DNA of 64,000 nt, taken from assembly GCA_963789395.1 (NCBI GenBank), contig CAWBKP010000002.1, positions 8,019 to 72,018 on the forward strand, read 5' to 3'. This DNA is from an uncultured delta proteobacterium (lineage in GTDB: Bacteria > Desulfobacterota > Desulfobacteria > Desulfobacterales > Desulfatirhabdiaceae). The notes beneath the pieces are model-generated. The model was not told the DNA's origin and did not search any database. It worked only from the letters and a program-made list of their open reading frames with translations. Below are positions 32,298 through 44,244 of this stretch, piece after piece. The first letter of the stretch is position 1. Each line of letters begins with the position of its first letter. The translations under genes and the position numbers were made by a program.

Positions 32298-32837
32298 ATG
32301 TCTCAATTGAAAGAATATTACGGAACGGAAGTTGTCCCGAAGCTGGTTGACACCTTCCAGTATAAAAACAGGATGGAAATTCCCAAACTGGAGAAAATCG
32401 TCCTGAATATGGGGTTGGGTGATGCCATCCACAACATCAAAATATTGGATGCGGCTGTTGAGGAGATGAAGGCGATTTCCGGTCAGAAGCCGGTTATTAC
32501 CCGTTCGAAAAAATCCATTGCCGCTTTCAAGCTTAGAGAAGGCATGCCCATCGGGTGCATGGTGACGTTGCGGCAGGACCGAATGTACGATTTCTTTTAT
32601 AAACTGGTAAATGTTGCGCTGGCGCGTGTCCGGGATTTTAAAGGCATTTCCGGAAAAGCCTTTGATGGCAGGGGTAATTATACCCTGGGTATAAAAGAAA
32701 ACACCATTTTCCCCGAACTGAGCTATGACACGATCGATGTGATCAAGGGGCTGAATGTTACGGTTGTCACCACCGCAAAAACAGATAAAGAAGGCAAAGA
32801 ACTTTTAAAGCTTTTAGGCATGCCGTTTCGAAATTAA
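32298..32837 (+). CDS. rplE: 50S ribosomal protein L5
   Basis: [27 protein letters not shown]. Confidence 0.99.
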   Translation: MSQLKEYYGTEVVPKLVDTFQYKNRMEIPKLEKIVLNMGLGDAIHNIKILDAAVEEMKAISGQKPVITRSKKSIAAFKLREGMPIGCMVTLRQDRMYDFFYKLVNVALARVRDFKGISGKAFDGRGNYTLGIKENTIFPELSYDTIDVIKGLNVTVVTTAKTDKEGKELLKLLGMPFRN

Positions 32838-32892
32838 AAGAAGGCGCCTGGAAATAGGCTTACTGGAAAGTAGTTAACAAGGGGAGGATGAA

Positions 32893-33078
32893 TTGGCAAA
32901 AAAATCGCTGATGAATAAAGCATTGAGAGCCCCTAAGTTCGGGGTCAGAGCGTATAACCGGTGTCCAATGTGTGGAAGGCCCAGAGGGTATATTCGAAAG
33001 GCCGGGATCTGCCGGATTTGTTTTCGGAATTTAGCCTCTCAAGGCTCTCTTCCCGGCATAACCAAGTCGAGCTGGTAA
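32893..33078 (+). CDS. rpsN: 30S ribosomal protein S14 type Z
   Basis: 61 aa, [15 protein letters not shown]. Confidence 0.97.
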   Translation: MAKKSLMNKALRAPKFGVRAYNRCPMCGRPRGYIRKAGICRICFRNLASQGSLPGITKSSW

Positions 33079-33128
33079 CAGTTCAGGGTTTATGAAAATA
33101 TTATTTAAATACGGTATGGGAGAAAGCA

Positions 33129-33527
33129 ATGGCGATTAGCGACCCAATTGCAGATATGATTACAAGGATTCGAAACGCTGGAAAGGCAAAATTCACCAGT
33201 GTGGATATTCCGGGTTCGAAGCTGAAAATCGAACTGGCCAAGGTTTTGAAAAACGAGGGATATATTCGGAACTATAAATTCGTTAAAGATGAAAAGCAGG
33301 GGATATTGAGAGTTTACTTGAAATATGCCCAGGGGAATGTCAATGCGATTTATGGGCTGCAGCGTGTGAGTAAACCCAGCAGGCGGGTATATACCAAAGG
33401 CAAGGATATCAAGCCTGTTCTGAATGGACTGGGCATTTCCATTCTTTCGACTTCAAAGGGAATATTAACCGACCGACAAGCCAGAAGCGAAAATATCGGC
33501 GGGGAAATTCTCTGCAACATATGGTAG
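33129..33527 (+). CDS. rpsH: 30S ribosomal protein S8
   Basis: DPIADMITRIRNA, STSKG, GGE. Confidence 0.99.
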   Translation: MAISDPIADMITRIRNAGKAKFTSVDIPGSKLKIELAKVLKNEGYIRNYKFVKDEKQGILRVYLKYAQGNVNAIYGLQRVSKPSRRVYTKGKDIKPVLNGLGISILSTSKGILTDRQARSENIGGEILCNIW

Positions 33528-33542
33528 GAAGAGGAGTGAGAC

Positions 33543-34082
33543 ATGTCCAGAATAGGTAAAAAACCGATCATGCTTCCCGATAAAGTCAAACTGAGCCTTG
33601 CGGATAATCAGATTACGGTCCAGGGCGAAAAGGGAAAATTGTCCCGTAGTCTGCATCCATCTGTTGAACTGCGGATTGAGGGCGGCATGGTTACGGTAAT
33701 TAAAAAAGCGGAAGATAAAAAAACAGATGCGTTCCAAGGATTGATGCGAAATCTGATCGCCAATATGGTGACCGGCGTGCATGCCGGATTTCAGCGTAAT
33801 CTGGAAGTCAACGGTATCGGATACCGGGCTTCCGTGAGCGGCAATGTACTGGCGCTGAGTCTTGGGTATTCTCATCCAATCAATTATGATCTGCCAGATG
33901 GGGTGAGCGCCACGGTCGATAAGAGCAACGTGATAACACTTGCATGTATCGATAAGGAACTTCTTGGCCAAACCGCTGCAAAGATCAGACAACTCCGATC
34001 TCCAGAGCCTTACAAAGGCAAGGGGATTAAATACGCGGAAGAGCATATTCAACGAAAAGCTGGAAAGACAGGGACTAAATAG
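33543..34082 (+). CDS. rplF: 50S ribosomal protein L6
   Basis: MSRIGKKP, PEPYKGKGI. Confidence 0.99.
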   Translation: MSRIGKKPIMLPDKVKLSLADNQITVQGEKGKLSRSLHPSVELRIEGGMVTVIKKAEDKKTDAFQGLMRNLIANMVTGVHAGFQRNLEVNGIGYRASVSGNVLALSLGYSHPINYDLPDGVSATVDKSNVITLACIDKELLGQTAAKIRQLRSPEPYKGKGIKYAEEHIQRKAGKTGTK

Positions 34083-34151
34083 CAAGTGAATGAGAGTGCT
34101 GTTTCTTGAACGACCTGCTGAACAATGTAATCTGATAAAGGAATAAACAGG

Positions 34152-34520
34152 ATGAGTTCAGTTGATGAAAAAAAACAAGCCCGCTTGAAACGAAAGCAGC
34201 GGATTCGAAAAAAACTTTCCGGTACCCCTGAGCGTCCGAGGCTCTGCGTTTTTCGCAGTGCAAAACATATCTACGCCCAAATCATTGATGATTCGCGCGG
34301 TCAAACGATTGCGGCCATTTCAACGCATGATCCGGCGGTAAAAGATCAAGGCAAGTTTGACAATAAAGTCGCAAAAGCGGTTTTTATCGGAAAACTGCTG
34401 GGTGAAAAAGCCATTACTATGGGAATAAAAAAAGTCGTCTTTGATCGCAACGGGTTTTTGTATCATGGTCGGGTCAAAGCCCTCAGCGATGGTGCCCGCG
34501 AAGCCGGTCTGGATTTCTGA
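34152..34520 (+). CDS. rplR: 50S ribosomal protein L18
   Basis: RPRLCVFRS, VVFDRNGFLYHGRV. Confidence 0.99.
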   Translation: MSSVDEKKQARLKRKQRIRKKLSGTPERPRLCVFRSAKHIYAQIIDDSRGQTIAAISTHDPAVKDQGKFDNKVAKAVFIGKLLGEKAITMGIKKVVFDRNGFLYHGRVKALSDGAREAGLDF

Positions 34521-34537
34521 TCTAAGGAGGAATACAC

Positions 34538-35035
34538 TTGTTCAAACAAGATAGTGTCGATAATCAACTGATTGACAAGGTCGTTCACATCAACCGGGTT
34601 GCAAAGGTTGTAAAAGGCGGACGCAGGTTCAGCTTCAGCGCAATTGTGGTCGTGGGTGACGGGAATGGCAGCGTCGGATTCGGCCTGGGAAAAGCGGGTG
34701 AAGTTCCCGAGGCGATTCGAAAAGGCGTTGAGCAGGCCAAGAAGAACATGTGCAGTGTTCCTTTGATCGAAGGCACCATACCGTATGAAACCATCGGAAG
34801 ATTCGGTGCAGGCAGGGTATTTTTAAAACCCGCCGCCGAAGGTACCGGGTTGATTGCCGGCGGTGCGGTTCGTGCGGTACTGGAAGCTGTCGGGGTTCAG
34901 AATATACTGACCAAGTGTATGGGATCAAATAATCCCCACAACGTTGTCAAGGCAACGATTGAAGGCCTCAGAAAACTCCAGAGCCGAGAACAGGTGGCTG
35001 CAAGACGGGGTAAACGTGTAGAAGAACTTTATTGA
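34538..35035 (+). CDS. rpsE: 30S ribosomal protein S5
   Basis: [15 protein letters not shown]. Confidence 0.99.
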   Translation: MFKQDSVDNQLIDKVVHINRVAKVVKGGRRFSFSAIVVVGDGNGSVGFGLGKAGEVPEAIRKGVEQAKKNMCSVPLIEGTIPYETIGRFGAGRVFLKPAAEGTGLIAGGAVRAVLEAVGVQNILTKCMGSNNPHNVVKATIEGLRKLQSREQVAARRGKRVEELY

Positions 35036-35049
35036 AGGGGAAAAATACG

Positions 35050-35232
35050 ATGTCCGGTATCCTTATGGTTAAAATGATTAAAAGTATGATTGGCAGGCCA
35101 GAAAAACACAGAAAAGTGCTGAGAAGTCTGGGACTGACAAAACTGAACCAGGCAAAAGAACATGCGGATACCCCTTCAATCCGGGGAATGATCAATACCG
35201 TGTCGCACCTGGTAAAAGCCGAGGAGAAGTAG
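35050..35232 (+). CDS. rpmD: 50S ribosomal protein L30
   Basis: KSMIGRP..LGL..TPSIRGMI..VSHLV. Confidence 0.96.
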   Translation: MSGILMVKMIKSMIGRPEKHRKVLRSLGLTKLNQAKEHADTPSIRGMINTVSHLVKAEEK

Positions 35233-35676
35233 ATGAGATTAAGTGAATTGTCACCGGCGATTGGAGCCAGAAAAAATCGGAAAAGATTGGGAAGAGGCAC
35301 GGGCTCTGGCACGGGTAAAACCTCCGGAAAAGGTGCCAAGGGGCAGAAAGCCCGATCCGGCGGCGGTGTCAGGCCCGGGTTTGAAGGCGGGCAGATGCCG
35401 ATTCATCGTAGACTGCCGAAACGCGGATTTACCAATATATTTAAAAAAATCTATGCAATTGTTAATTTGCACGAACTTGCCGCCTTTGAGGCCGGTGCAG
35501 TTGTGGACGAGGCCAGTTTGGTTGAGCGTGGTATCGTAAAGGGCAAATACGACGCCATCAAAATCCTGGCAAACGGCGAAATCACCACCGCGATTACCCT
35601 TAAAATCGGTCATATCAGCAGTGGCGCAAAGGCAAAAATTGAGGCTGCTGGCGGAACCGTTGAGGTAACAGTATGA
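35233..35676 (+). CDS. rplO: 50S ribosomal protein L15
   Basis: [17 protein letters not shown]. Confidence 0.99.
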   Translation: MRLSELSPAIGARKNRKRLGRGTGSGTGKTSGKGAKGQKARSGGGVRPGFEGGQMPIHRRLPKRGFTNIFKKIYAIVNLHELAAFEAGAVVDEASLVERGIVKGKYDAIKILANGEITTAITLKIGHISSGAKAKIEAAGGTVEVTV

Positions 35677-36989
35677 TTGGTGGCGGGTTTCAGAATCTTT
35701 TTAAAATTCCCGAGCTGAAAAAACGTGTACTGTTTACCCTGGGGTTGCTGATTGTCTACCGGATCGGGGTTCATGTTCCGGTTCCCGGAATTGATGCCGT
35801 GGCACTGGCCAGTTTTTTTGCCAAAGCTAAGGGCACGATACTGGGTCTTTTCGACATGTTCTCCGGGGGCGCACTGGAGCGCTTGTCCGTGTTTGCTTTG
35901 GGAATCATGCCGTATATCAGCGCATCCATTATATTGCAGCTGTTGACTGTTGTCGTGCCCCATCTGGAGCGCTTGTCCAAGGAAGGTGAGCAGGGGCGAA
36001 AAAAAATCACGCAGTATACCCGTTATGGTACGGTTGTGCTCAGCATTATTCAGGGATTCGGGATCAGCGTTGGTTTGGAGAGCATGATGGCTCCCGGCGG
36101 TGCGCCGGTCGTTCTTGTTCCCGGCTGGGGGTTTCGCCTGCTGACCATGATCACGCTGACTTCCGGAACCGCTTTTATCATGTGGCTGGGAGAGCAGATC
36201 ACGGAAAGGGGAATCGGAAACGGTATTTCGCTGATTATTTTCTCCGGAATCATCGTTCGCATGCCCAATGCGATCTCCAATACCTTTCGTCTCCTGTCCA
36301 CCGGCGAACTCAGTATATTTCCCGTGCTGATATTGGTTATACTGATGGTCGGTGTGGTTGGATTTATCGTCTTTATTGAACAGGGGCAGCGACGTATTCC
36401 GGTACAATATGCCAAACGGGTGATCGGCAGAAAGCTTTACGGGGGCCAAAGCACCCACCTGCCGCTTAAAATTAATACCTCGGGGGTTATTCCGCCCATA
36501 TTTGCCTCATCCATCATCATGTTTCCGGCAACACTGGCCAGTTTTATCCATGTGGACTGGGTTCAGCGTGTGGCTGCGGCAATAAAACCCGGGAACTTCT
36601 CTTATGAACTGCTTTTTGTCGGCTTTATATTTTTCTTCTGTTACTTTTATACGGCGGTTACATTTAATCCTGTTGATGTTGCAGAGAACATGAAAAAGAA
36701 CGGCGGATTCATCCCCGGCATACGGCCGGGGAAAAAAACCGCCGATTACATCGACCGGGTGCTGACCCGCTTGACATTGGGCGGTGCTTCCTATGTGGCT
36801 GCCGTATGCGTTCTTCCTTCAATTCTCATTTCAAATTTTAATGTTCCATTTTATTTCGGCGGCACTGCGTTGATGATTGTGGTCGGTGTGGCCATTGATA
36901 CCATGTCGCAGATGGAGTCTCACATGCTGACGCGTCATTATGAAGGATTCCTGAAAAAAGGCGGCGGGCGATTAAAAGGAAGAAGTTAA
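35673..36989 (+). CDS. secY: Preprotein translocase SecY
   Basis: [37 protein letters not shown]. Confidence 0.99.
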   Translation: MIGGGFQNLFKIPELKKRVLFTLGLLIVYRIGVHVPVPGIDAVALASFFAKAKGTILGLFDMFSGGALERLSVFALGIMPYISASIILQLLTVVVPHLERLSKEGEQGRKKITQYTRYGTVVLSIIQGFGISVGLESMMAPGGAPVVLVPGWGFRLLTMITLTSGTAFIMWLGEQITERGIGNGISLIIFSGIIVRMPNAISNTFRLLSTGELSIFPVLILVILMVGVVGFIVFIEQGQRRIPVQYAKRVIGRKLYGGQSTHLPLKINTSGVIPPIFASSIIMFPATLASFIHVDWVQRVAAAIKPGNFSYELLFVGFIFFFCYFYTAVTFNPVDVAENMKKNGGFIPGIRPGKKTADYIDRVLTRLTLGGASYVAAVCVLPSILISNFNVPFYFGGTALMIVVGVAIDTMSQMESHMLTRHYEGFLKKGGGRLKGRS

Positions 36990-37016
36990 TTATCAGCGTT
37001 AGCGGAGTGAATGAGT

Positions 37017-37235
37017 ATGCCTAAGGAAGAAGCGATCAAAGTTGAAGGAAAGGTGCTTGAAACCCTTCCGAATGCCATGTTTAAAGTTGAGTTGGAGAAT
37101 AAGCACCAGATACTCGCTCATATTTCCGGAAAAATGCGAATGCATTTTATCAAGATTTTGCCAGGAGATAAAGTGACGGTCGAACTTTCTCCCTATGACC
37201 TTACACGGGGCAGAATCACTTACCGATCCAAATAA
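37017..37235 (+). CDS. infA: Translation initiation factor IF-1
   Basis: [27 protein letters not shown]. Confidence 0.98.
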   Translation: MPKEEAIKVEGKVLETLPNAMFKVELENKHQILAHISGKMRMHFIKILPGDKVTVELSPYDLTRGRITYRSK

Positions 37236-37320
37236 ATTATTATTCCCGTGGCACTGGATTTTATTGTGATTATATGCTATATTTGATGGGATAAGCCTCA
37301 GGGAACAGGAGCGTAATGTA

Positions 37321-37434
37321 ATGAAAGTAAGGGCATCGATCAAAAAAATATGCAGTAAGTGTAAAATAATCCGTCGTAAACAGGTATTGCGCGTCATTTG
37401 TGAAAATAAGCGACACAAACAAAGGCAGGGATAG
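37321..37434 (+). CDS. rpmJ: 50S ribosomal protein L36
   Basis: [37 protein letters not shown] read directly. Confidence 0.97.
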   Translation: MKVRASIKKICSKCKIIRRKQVLRVICENKRHKQRQG

Positions 37435-37448
37435 AGGAGGATTAAGCT

Positions 37449-37829
37449 TTGGCGAGAATTGCTGGTGTAGATTTACCGAAGCGTAAACGGATTGAAGTTG
37501 GGCTGACCTATATCTATGGAATTGGGCCGACCACATCAAAAAGCATCCTGAACAGACTGAACATCAATCCGGACACAAAAGTAGATCAGCTTTCAGATGT
37601 AGATGTCAACAATATCCGAAAAATAATTGACAGCGATTTAAAAGTTGAGGGTGAACTCCGTTCCCAAATATCCATGAGTATTAAAAGATTGATGGATTTA
37701 GGATGCTATCGCGGGCTTCGCCATCGAAAATCGCTTCCGGTACGGGGTCAACGGACAAAGACCAATGCACGGACCCGTAAAGGACCTAAACGGGCTGCCG
37801 TCAAAAAGAAGGTTGCAGCTAAAAAATAG
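37449..37829 (+). CDS. rpsM: 30S ribosomal protein S13
   Basis: [26 protein letters not shown]. Confidence 0.99.
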   Translation: MARIAGVDLPKRKRIEVGLTYIYGIGPTTSKSILNRLNINPDTKVDQLSDVDVNNIRKIIDSDLKVEGELRSQISMSIKRLMDLGCYRGLRHRKSLPVRGQRTKTNARTRKGPKRAAVKKKVAAKK

Positions 37830-37858
37830 GGAACCATAGGAGACAGGGGCTTTAATCA

Positions 37859-38245
37859 ATGGCAAAAAGAACCCGTATCAAGAAAAAAGAAAAAAAGAAC
37901 ATATCCAGTGGGGTAGTTCATATACAGTCTACATTTAACAATACGATCGTAACGATTACCGACCCGGTGGGTAATGTCTTGTCCTGGTCCAGTTCGGGCG
38001 TCCAGGGATTTAAAGGGTCTCGGAAGAGTACCCCTTTTGCCGCGCAACTGGCTGCTGAGGATGCTGTCAGAAAAGCGATGGAATATGGTATGAAAACGGT
38101 TGAAGTGTTTGTTAAAGGACCCGGCGCCGGACGTGAATCCGCGCTTCGGTCTTTGCAGGCTGCCGGATTTAATATTGTTTCAATAAAAGATGTTACGCCC
38201 ATTCCGCATAATGGCTGCCGACCACCTAAAAGGCGTCGCGTATAG
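37859..38245 (+). CDS. rpsK: 30S ribosomal protein S11
   Basis: [24 protein letters not shown]. Confidence 0.99.
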   Translation: MAKRTRIKKKEKKNISSGVVHIQSTFNNTIVTITDPVGNVLSWSSSGVQGFKGSRKSTPFAAQLAAEDAVRKAMEYGMKTVEVFVKGPGAGRESALRSLQAAGFNIVSIKDVTPIPHNGCRPPKRRRV

Positions 38246-38293
38246 TTTTGTGCATTTTGACGGTTGCGTCAACTGGATATAAAGGAGGATGAC

Positions 38294-38923
38294 TTGGCAA
38301 GATATATTGGTTCGGTATGCCGGATTTGCCGACGCGAAAATTTAAAACTTTTTTTGAAAGGGGATCGATGCTACTCGGACAAATGCGCTTTCGATCGCCG
38401 CAGTTTCCCCCCCGGTCAGCATGGGCAGCGAAGAGGCAGAAAAGTCTCTGATTACGGTATCCAGCTTCGTGAAAAACAAAAAGTCAAACGCATGTACGGA
38501 CTTTCGGAAAAACAATTTCATTTGTTTTTTGAACGCGCCGAGCATCAGAAGGGCATTTCTGGTTCGAATCTGCTGATCATGCTGGAAAGACGTCTGGACA
38601 ATACCATCTATCGCCTTGGTTTTGCGAATTCCAGAACTCAGGGAAGGCATTTTGTCAGGCATGCCCATTTCCTGGTCAACGGCAAGCGGGTTGACATTCC
38701 ATCTTATTTGATTAAACCCGGGGATGTCATTGAACTTCGGGAGTCCAGTAGAGAAATCAAGGCTATCAATGATTCTCTTGAGGCTGTAGTCAGAAGAGGC
38801 GTTCCGCAGTGGCTTGAATTGAAAAAGGATGTTTTTACCGGCAATGTTAAAGGCTTTCCGGCCCGTGAGGACTTGACCATGCCTATTCAGGAACAGCTTA
38901 TTGTCGAGCTTTATTCAAAATAG
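38294..38923 (+). CDS. rpsD: 30S ribosomal protein S4 (Zn-binding form)
   Basis: TTG start after GGAGG; CRICRRE..C..KC, LERRLDN, IVELYSK. Confidence 0.98.
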   Translation: MARYIGSVCRICRRENLKLFLKGDRCYSDKCAFDRRSFPPGQHGQRRGRKVSDYGIQLREKQKVKRMYGLSEKQFHLFFERAEHQKGISGSNLLIMLERRLDNTIYRLGFANSRTQGRHFVRHAHFLVNGKRVDIPSYLIKPGDVIELRESSREIKAINDSLEAVVRRGVPQWLELKKDVFTGNVKGFPAREDLTMPIQEQLIVELYSK

Positions 38924-39009
38924 ACGTAACGGTGTCTACTCACTGTTGTGTTATGCCCTTCATTATGCAACATTCGAAAATCCTCTGAAAACAGTCTGGA
39001 GAAATCATA

Positions 39010-40029
39010 ATGCCAACCAATGAACTTATGACAATCAACTGGCAGAATTTGGTTATGCCGGAAAAGGTTCATGTTACAAGCTCGCCAGATTACGGTAAGT
39101 TTGTCTGCGAGCCTCTCGAAAGAGGATTTGGAATCACAATCGGCAATACCCTGCGGCGTATTTTACTTTCTTCTTTGCACGGTGCCGCCATTGTATCCGT
39201 AAAATTTGAAGAAGTGATGCATGAATTCAGTGTTATTCCCGGAGTTCTGGAAGATGTGTCCGAGATTATACTGAATCTTAAATCCGTTCGAATCAAGGTT
39301 AAGGAAGCCGGTCCCCATACTATTCGTATTCAGCGTTCCGGTGAATGTACGGTTAAAGCCGGTGATATCATCAGCGACGACGGCCGCTGCGAAATTCTGA
39401 ATCCTGATTTGCACATTGCAAGCTTATCCGAAAAAGCGTCTTTGAATATGACGTTGACCGTAAAACTGGGCAAGGGGTATGCACTGTCCGAATCCAATAA
39501 GGATATCAGTGCCCCGGTCGGAACCATTCCGATCGATGCGGTATTTTCTCCGATCAACAAAGTGGTGTATGTTGTCGGAAATGCCCGGGTCGGTCAGCGA
39601 ACCGATTACGACAAATTGACACTTGAAGTTTGGACGGACGGAAGCGTTCTCCCCGAGGATGCTGTTTCCTTCGCTGCCAAGATCATGAAGGAACAGTTGT
39701 CAAAATTTGTCAATTTTGATGAGCATTTGATTCCAAAACCTGAAGATACTGAAACGGAGTCGCCTAAGCTGCCGACTAACGAGAATCTTTTCAGGAGTGT
39801 CGAAGAACTGGAGCTTTCCGTTCGCAGCGCAAATTGTTTGAAAAACGCCGATATATTTAAAATTTATCAGCTTGTCAGTAAAACTGAAGCTGAAATGCTG
39901 AAGACGAAAAACTTTGGCCGTAAATCTTTAAATGAAATCAAAGCGGTTCTGGGTGAAATGAAACTATCACTGGGGATGAAGCTGGATGGTTTTAATCCTC
40001 CTGAGGATGATATACAGCAAGGAGAGTAA
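39010..40029 (+). CDS. rpoA: RNA polymerase alpha subunit
   Basis: [41 protein letters not shown]. Confidence 0.99.
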   Translation: MPTNELMTINWQNLVMPEKVHVTSSPDYGKFVCEPLERGFGITIGNTLRRILLSSLHGAAIVSVKFEEVMHEFSVIPGVLEDVSEIILNLKSVRIKVKEAGPHTIRIQRSGECTVKAGDIISDDGRCEILNPDLHIASLSEKASLNMTLTVKLGKGYALSESNKDISAPVGTIPIDAVFSPINKVVYVVGNARVGQRTDYDKLTLEVWTDGSVLPEDAVSFAAKIMKEQLSKFVNFDEHLIPKPEDTETESPKLPTNENLFRSVEELELSVRSANCLKNADIFKIYQLVSKTEAEMLKTKNFGRKSLNEIKAVLGEMKLSLGMKLDGFNPPEDDIQQGE

Positions 40030-40037
40030 ACAGGGCT

Positions 40038-40535
40038 ATGAGACATGGAAAAGCCGGATTAAAATTAGGACGTACAAGCAGCCATCGTAAAGCGATGTTC
40101 AGAAATATGGTCACATCCTTGTTCAAGTATGACCGCATCACAACGACGGATGTTAAAGCAAAAGAGCTGAAGCGATGGGCCGATGATCTGATTACACTGG
40201 CAAAGCGCGGCGATCTGCATGCTCAGCGCCAGGCACTTGCAATCATCACGGAAAAAGAAGTCGCATATAAACTGTTTAATGAAGCTGCCGATCGCTACGG
40301 CGATATACCAGGCGGTTATACCATCATCGCAAAAATCGGAAACCGCCCGGGTGACGCCGCGCCGATTTCCATTGTTGAACTGGTTGCCAGAGAAAAGAGC
40401 ACGCCCTTACAGCCGCGATCCAGAAAGACAGCCAAAACGGTAGCCGAGGCCAAAAACAAAGCCGAAAAATCAAAAGATGCTGCCACGGAAAAGCAGGAAC
40501 CCGCAGCTTCGGAGACGCAAACAGAAAACGCATGA
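40038..40535 (+). CDS. rplQ: 50S ribosomal protein L17 with a charged C-terminal tail
   Basis: [26 protein letters not shown]. Confidence 0.98.
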   Translation: MRHGKAGLKLGRTSSHRKAMFRNMVTSLFKYDRITTTDVKAKELKRWADDLITLAKRGDLHAQRQALAIITEKEVAYKLFNEAADRYGDIPGGYTIIAKIGNRPGDAAPISIVELVAREKSTPLQPRSRKTAKTVAEAKNKAEKSKDAATEKQEPAASETQTENA

Positions 40536-40606
40536 AAAACTGCTGGGTAGTGCGGTATCATATTCTGTAGAACGTTTTTTACAGATTCTTCCTGACATTG
40601 AAATTT

Positions 40607-40647
40607 AAAAGGGTTCTGAGCATATTTGGCTTGGAACCCTTTTTTTT
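40607..40647 (+). terminator. Rho-independent terminator ending the ribosomal supercluster
   Basis: AAAAGGGTTC(TGAG)...(TTG)GAACCC followed by TTTTTTTT. Confidence 0.85.
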
Positions 40648-40944
40648 ATTCATCAGAGAATATCTTTACGGTCAAAGCCATTCTAAATCCTGACGCTTGA
40701 ATTCCGAATAACGGAGTTGTTACGATGATTGTCACAAATTCAGCTGGAAATCCTGATATCCGAATATTTTCTGTTGCATCGTAAATGCTTTTGACAATAA
40801 ACGGATATTTATTATATCGTTAACAAGGTTTTTATTGAGCAACCCGAAGATATTGAATGGTTTGAAAGAATGCTTTACGGTCAGGGTTTCTCACTTCAAC
40901 CATAACCGAGGGTAGTTTCCCGCCTTGTTAGAGGATTGTATCAG

Positions 40945-41856
40945 GTGACAACTTCGAAACTGATGCGCATGACCGATGCCATATCCAGATGGGTTGAGGA
41001 TGGTTCATCCGTTGCTCTCGGCACAACACTGGAAACCGCCATCCCGTTTGCTGCGGGCCATGAGATCATTCGTCAGGGGAAGAAAGGGCTTACGCTGATC
41101 GGACCGATATCGGATATTCTGTTTGATCAGCTGATCGGCGCAGGATGTGTGCGGCGGGTTCGCGCTGCCTGGGTGGGCAATGTGATCACCGGTGTGGGAT
41201 ATAATTTTCGCAGGGCCGTGGAACAGCGCCGGATTGATGTCGAGGACCATTCAAATCTGACCATTTCGATGGCCCTTCAGGCAGGGGCTATGGGCGTGTC
41301 ATTCCTGCCGACCCGAACCGCCCTTGGTAGCGATTTGTTTGCGACAAACCCGGGGTTGAAGTTTGTTTCCTGTCCGTTTTCCGGTGAAAAACACGCCGCA
41401 GTTGCCGCCATTGTTCCGGATATCGCCATTGTTCATGTTCAAAGATCGGATGTGTTTGGCAATGCTCATGCATGGGGGAATTTGGGGATAACCCGTGAGG
41501 CCTGCCTGGCAAGCCGGAATGTAATTTTAACTGCCGAAGAAATTGTATCTACCGAGACAATCACCCGTGATCCCAATCGCATATTGACGCCTGGATTCAA
41601 GGTTAGCGCCGTCGTCCATGCGCCATGGGGAGCCCATCCCTCTCCCATGCCCGGATATTATAACCGGGATCACGCTGTATTTCTGGACTACCAGAGGCAA
41701 AGCAAGACTCCTGAGCTGTTTTCGCAATGGGTAAAGCAGTGGATACTTTCCCATGATTCAATTCATCAGTATGTCGAGTCGCTTGGGGCTGATTATCTGA
41801 AGCAGCTTTCGATAACCCATCATGCATATTCGGAACCTGTCGACTATGGATACTGA
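40945..41856 (+). CDS. Family I CoA-transferase subunit A (glutaconate/3-oxoadipate CoA-transferase-like)
   Basis: HEIIRQG..L, DQLIGAG, PDIAIVHVQRSD..GN, PWGAHPS..GYY.RD; start codon uncertain (40936-40963). Confidence 0.85.
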   Translation: MTTSKLMRMTDAISRWVEDGSSVALGTTLETAIPFAAGHEIIRQGKKGLTLIGPISDILFDQLIGAGCVRRVRAAWVGNVITGVGYNFRRAVEQRRIDVEDHSNLTISMALQAGAMGVSFLPTRTALGSDLFATNPGLKFVSCPFSGEKHAAVAAIVPDIAIVHVQRSDVFGNAHAWGNLGITREACLASRNVILTAEEIVSTETITRDPNRILTPGFKVSAVVHAPWGAHPSPMPGYYNRDHAVFLDYQRQSKTPELFSQWVKQWILSHDSIHQYVESLGADYLKQLSITHHAYSEPVDYGY

Positions 41857-42619
41857 AGTGGATTATACCCGATCCGAGCTGATGGTTGCTGCGGCATCCC
41901 GTGAAATCGTTGACGGGGAAGTCGTTTTTGTCGGAATGCGGCTTCCGCTTCTGGGCTTTCTGGTAGCCAAGAGCCTTCGGGCCCCGAATGCCGTGGGCGT
42001 TTACGAACTGGGAATCATACGCGACACGGTGGCTGCAGAACCCATACTGACGATGGGGGATCTGCCGAATCTGCACGGGTCTTGCTGGCTGGCGGATACG
42101 CGGGATGCGATGTCGCTGCTCCAGCAGGGATTGGTTGACGTCAGTTTCATCGGGGGGGCGCAGGTGGACCGGTTCGGAAACCTGAATACCACGATGACTG
42201 GCAGTCTCGCAAACGTCACAACCCGGCTCCCGGGAAGCGGCGGGGCTTGCGACCTGGCTTGTCTGGCGCACCGTCATATCATCATCATGTCCCATGAAAA
42301 GCGCCGGTTTGTACCCAGGGTCGATTATATCACTTCTCCCGGATACGGGGACGGCAAGGGCTGGCGGGAGTCTGTCGGCCTGGTTCGCGGCGGACCGTCT
42401 GCTGTTATCACCACGCTGGGAATATTTGCATTTGATTCTCAAACCTGTGAAATGGTACTGACTTCGGTTCATCCCGGTGCAACAGTCGAAATGATTCACG
42501 AACAAACCGGCTGGCCCGTTCGTGTTTCATCAGAGCTGTCCCGGACACCCCCCCCTACCTTGCAGGAGCTTTCCGCCCTGCGCCGGTTTGATCCGGATGG
42601 ATACTGGACAGGCAAATAA
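41846..42619 (+). CDS. Family I CoA-transferase subunit B
   Basis: Putative catalytic Glu in YELG, GGAQVDRFGNLNTT, LPGSGGACD, VDYITSPG. Confidence 0.87.
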   Translation: MDTEVDYTRSELMVAAASREIVDGEVVFVGMRLPLLGFLVAKSLRAPNAVGVYELGIIRDTVAAEPILTMGDLPNLHGSCWLADTRDAMSLLQQGLVDVSFIGGAQVDRFGNLNTTMTGSLANVTTRLPGSGGACDLACLAHRHIIIMSHEKRRFVPRVDYITSPGYGDGKGWRESVGLVRGGPSAVITTLGIFAFDSQTCEMVLTSVHPGATVEMIHEQTGWPVRVSSELSRTPPPTLQELSALRRFDPDGYWTGK

Positions 42620-42621
42620 GC

Positions 42622-43917
42622 ATGAAAATGACTCCCGACCCCAAAATGCTGCGCTATCGCTGGATCATCTTCTGGGTTCTGGCCTTCGGCTACGTCCTGG
42701 TGTATTTTCACCGCCTATGCCCGGCCGTGGTTGCCGTCGATATGATGAAGGATCTTCACACCGGAGGCGGTCTGACCGGTTTTTTGTCTGCTGCCTATTT
42801 TTATTCCTATGCGGCCATGCAGCTGCCGGCGGGACTCCTCTCTGATTCCTGGGGTCCCCGCAACACGATCACGATATTTTTCCTGGCGGCTTTTGCCGGC
42901 TCCGTTCTGCTCGGGGTTGCCTCTTCCGCTGCCATGGCGATTACCGGACGGACGCTTGTCGGCATCGGGGTAGCCATGCTTTTCGTGCCGACCATGAAGA
43001 TCCTTTCCGAATGGTTCACACCCGTTGAGTTTGCGCCCATGACCGGCATTCTGATGGCCATGGGCGGCATCGGGTCCCTGTCGGCGGCAACGCCGCTGGT
43101 GCTGTTGTCCAGTGCGATCGGATGGCGGATGTCTTTTGTCGCAGTAGGCGGGCTCACCTTGATTCTATCCCTTCTGGTATGGAGATTTGTAAGGGACTGC
43201 CCTGAGGATATGGGATGGGAGTCTCTGAATGCCTCTGCAAAAGCCTCAGCCCCTGCCATTGGCCTGATGGCCGGTTTTCGCTCGGTTGTCTCTTGTGCGC
43301 ACTTCTGGCCTCTTGCCGCCTGGTTTTTTTTCGACTGCGCTATTTTTTTTACGTTCGGCGGACTCTGGGGCGGACCCTATTTAATGCAAATTTATCATTT
43401 GTCCAAAACCCAGGCCGGCTATATCCTTTCGATGCTGGCAGTCGGCCTGATCATCGGCAGCCCGCTTCTCAGCTATCTATCCAACCGGGTATTTCATGCC
43501 CGAAAACCCGTTATGCTTATTTCTACAAGCATCGTACTGGCGATTACCGCAACAATGGCCTTTGCCATCGACAGCATCCCCATCTATGGCCTGTACCTGA
43601 TGTGTCTGGGGCTTGGAATGTTTTCCAGCGCTATCGTTGTCATCGGGTTCACAACGGCCAAAGAGCTGTTTCCGGTACAGATCGCTGGAACCGCCACCGG
43701 CCTGGTCAACCTGTTTCCTTTTGCTGGCGGCGCCATATTTCAGCCCTTAACAGGGTATTTGCTGGAGAGATCCGGAAGTGTGAACGGGGTTTTTACGCTG
43801 GCCGGATATCAGCAGCTGTTTAATTGCCTGCTGATCAGTGCAGCCGCAGCGATGCTTGCCTGCTGCTTTATCAAGGAGACATTCCCTGCTGTTTCAGCCA
43901 GATATTCTTCATCCTGA
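42622..43917 (+). CDS. MFS transporter
   Basis: ~12 hydrophobic segments, motif-A-like GLLSDSWGPR, YFHR. Confidence 0.88.
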   Translation: MKMTPDPKMLRYRWIIFWVLAFGYVLVYFHRLCPAVVAVDMMKDLHTGGGLTGFLSAAYFYSYAAMQLPAGLLSDSWGPRNTITIFFLAAFAGSVLLGVASSAAMAITGRTLVGIGVAMLFVPTMKILSEWFTPVEFAPMTGILMAMGGIGSLSAATPLVLLSSAIGWRMSFVAVGGLTLILSLLVWRFVRDCPEDMGWESLNASAKASAPAIGLMAGFRSVVSCAHFWPLAAWFFFDCAIFFTFGGLWGGPYLMQIYHLSKTQAGYILSMLAVGLIIGSPLLSYLSNRVFHARKPVMLISTSIVLAITATMAFAIDSIPIYGLYLMCLGLGMFSSAIVVIGFTTAKELFPVQIAGTATGLVNLFPFAGGAIFQPLTGYLLERSGSVNGVFTLAGYQQLFNCLLISAAAAMLACCFIKETFPAVSARYSSS

Positions 43918-43984
43918 TTCGGGCCTGTGGATTTCTGCGAAAATGGCCATATACGCCATATTTATCGTGAAAATACATCAGCGG

Positions 43985-44055
43985 CGTCATTCCGGCGAAC
44001 ACCGGAATCCAGACTGTTTGAACAACTGAAACCCGTGTCAAGCCCGGAATACCGG
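43985..44055. repeat. REP-like palindromic element (degenerate)
   Basis: CGTCATTCCGGCGAACACCGGAATCCAG hairpin of the common proteobacterial GTCATTCCGG...CCGGAATC type, with a decayed second half. Confidence 0.55.
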
Positions 44056-44244
44056 AAAAGAATCATTTTTATGCATGGGAGCAGCAGTGCTTAGGCGATG
44101 TGCGATTATACCGGTTAATGCCGGATCCGGGGAAATTCTACTTGACAAAGAAAATAATAGCTGCAATATAGCTTATAAATATTCTTTTGCAAATGAATTG
44201 TATTTATTAACTAAGGGTAAGACAAACAGGAAAAGGAGGCTAGT

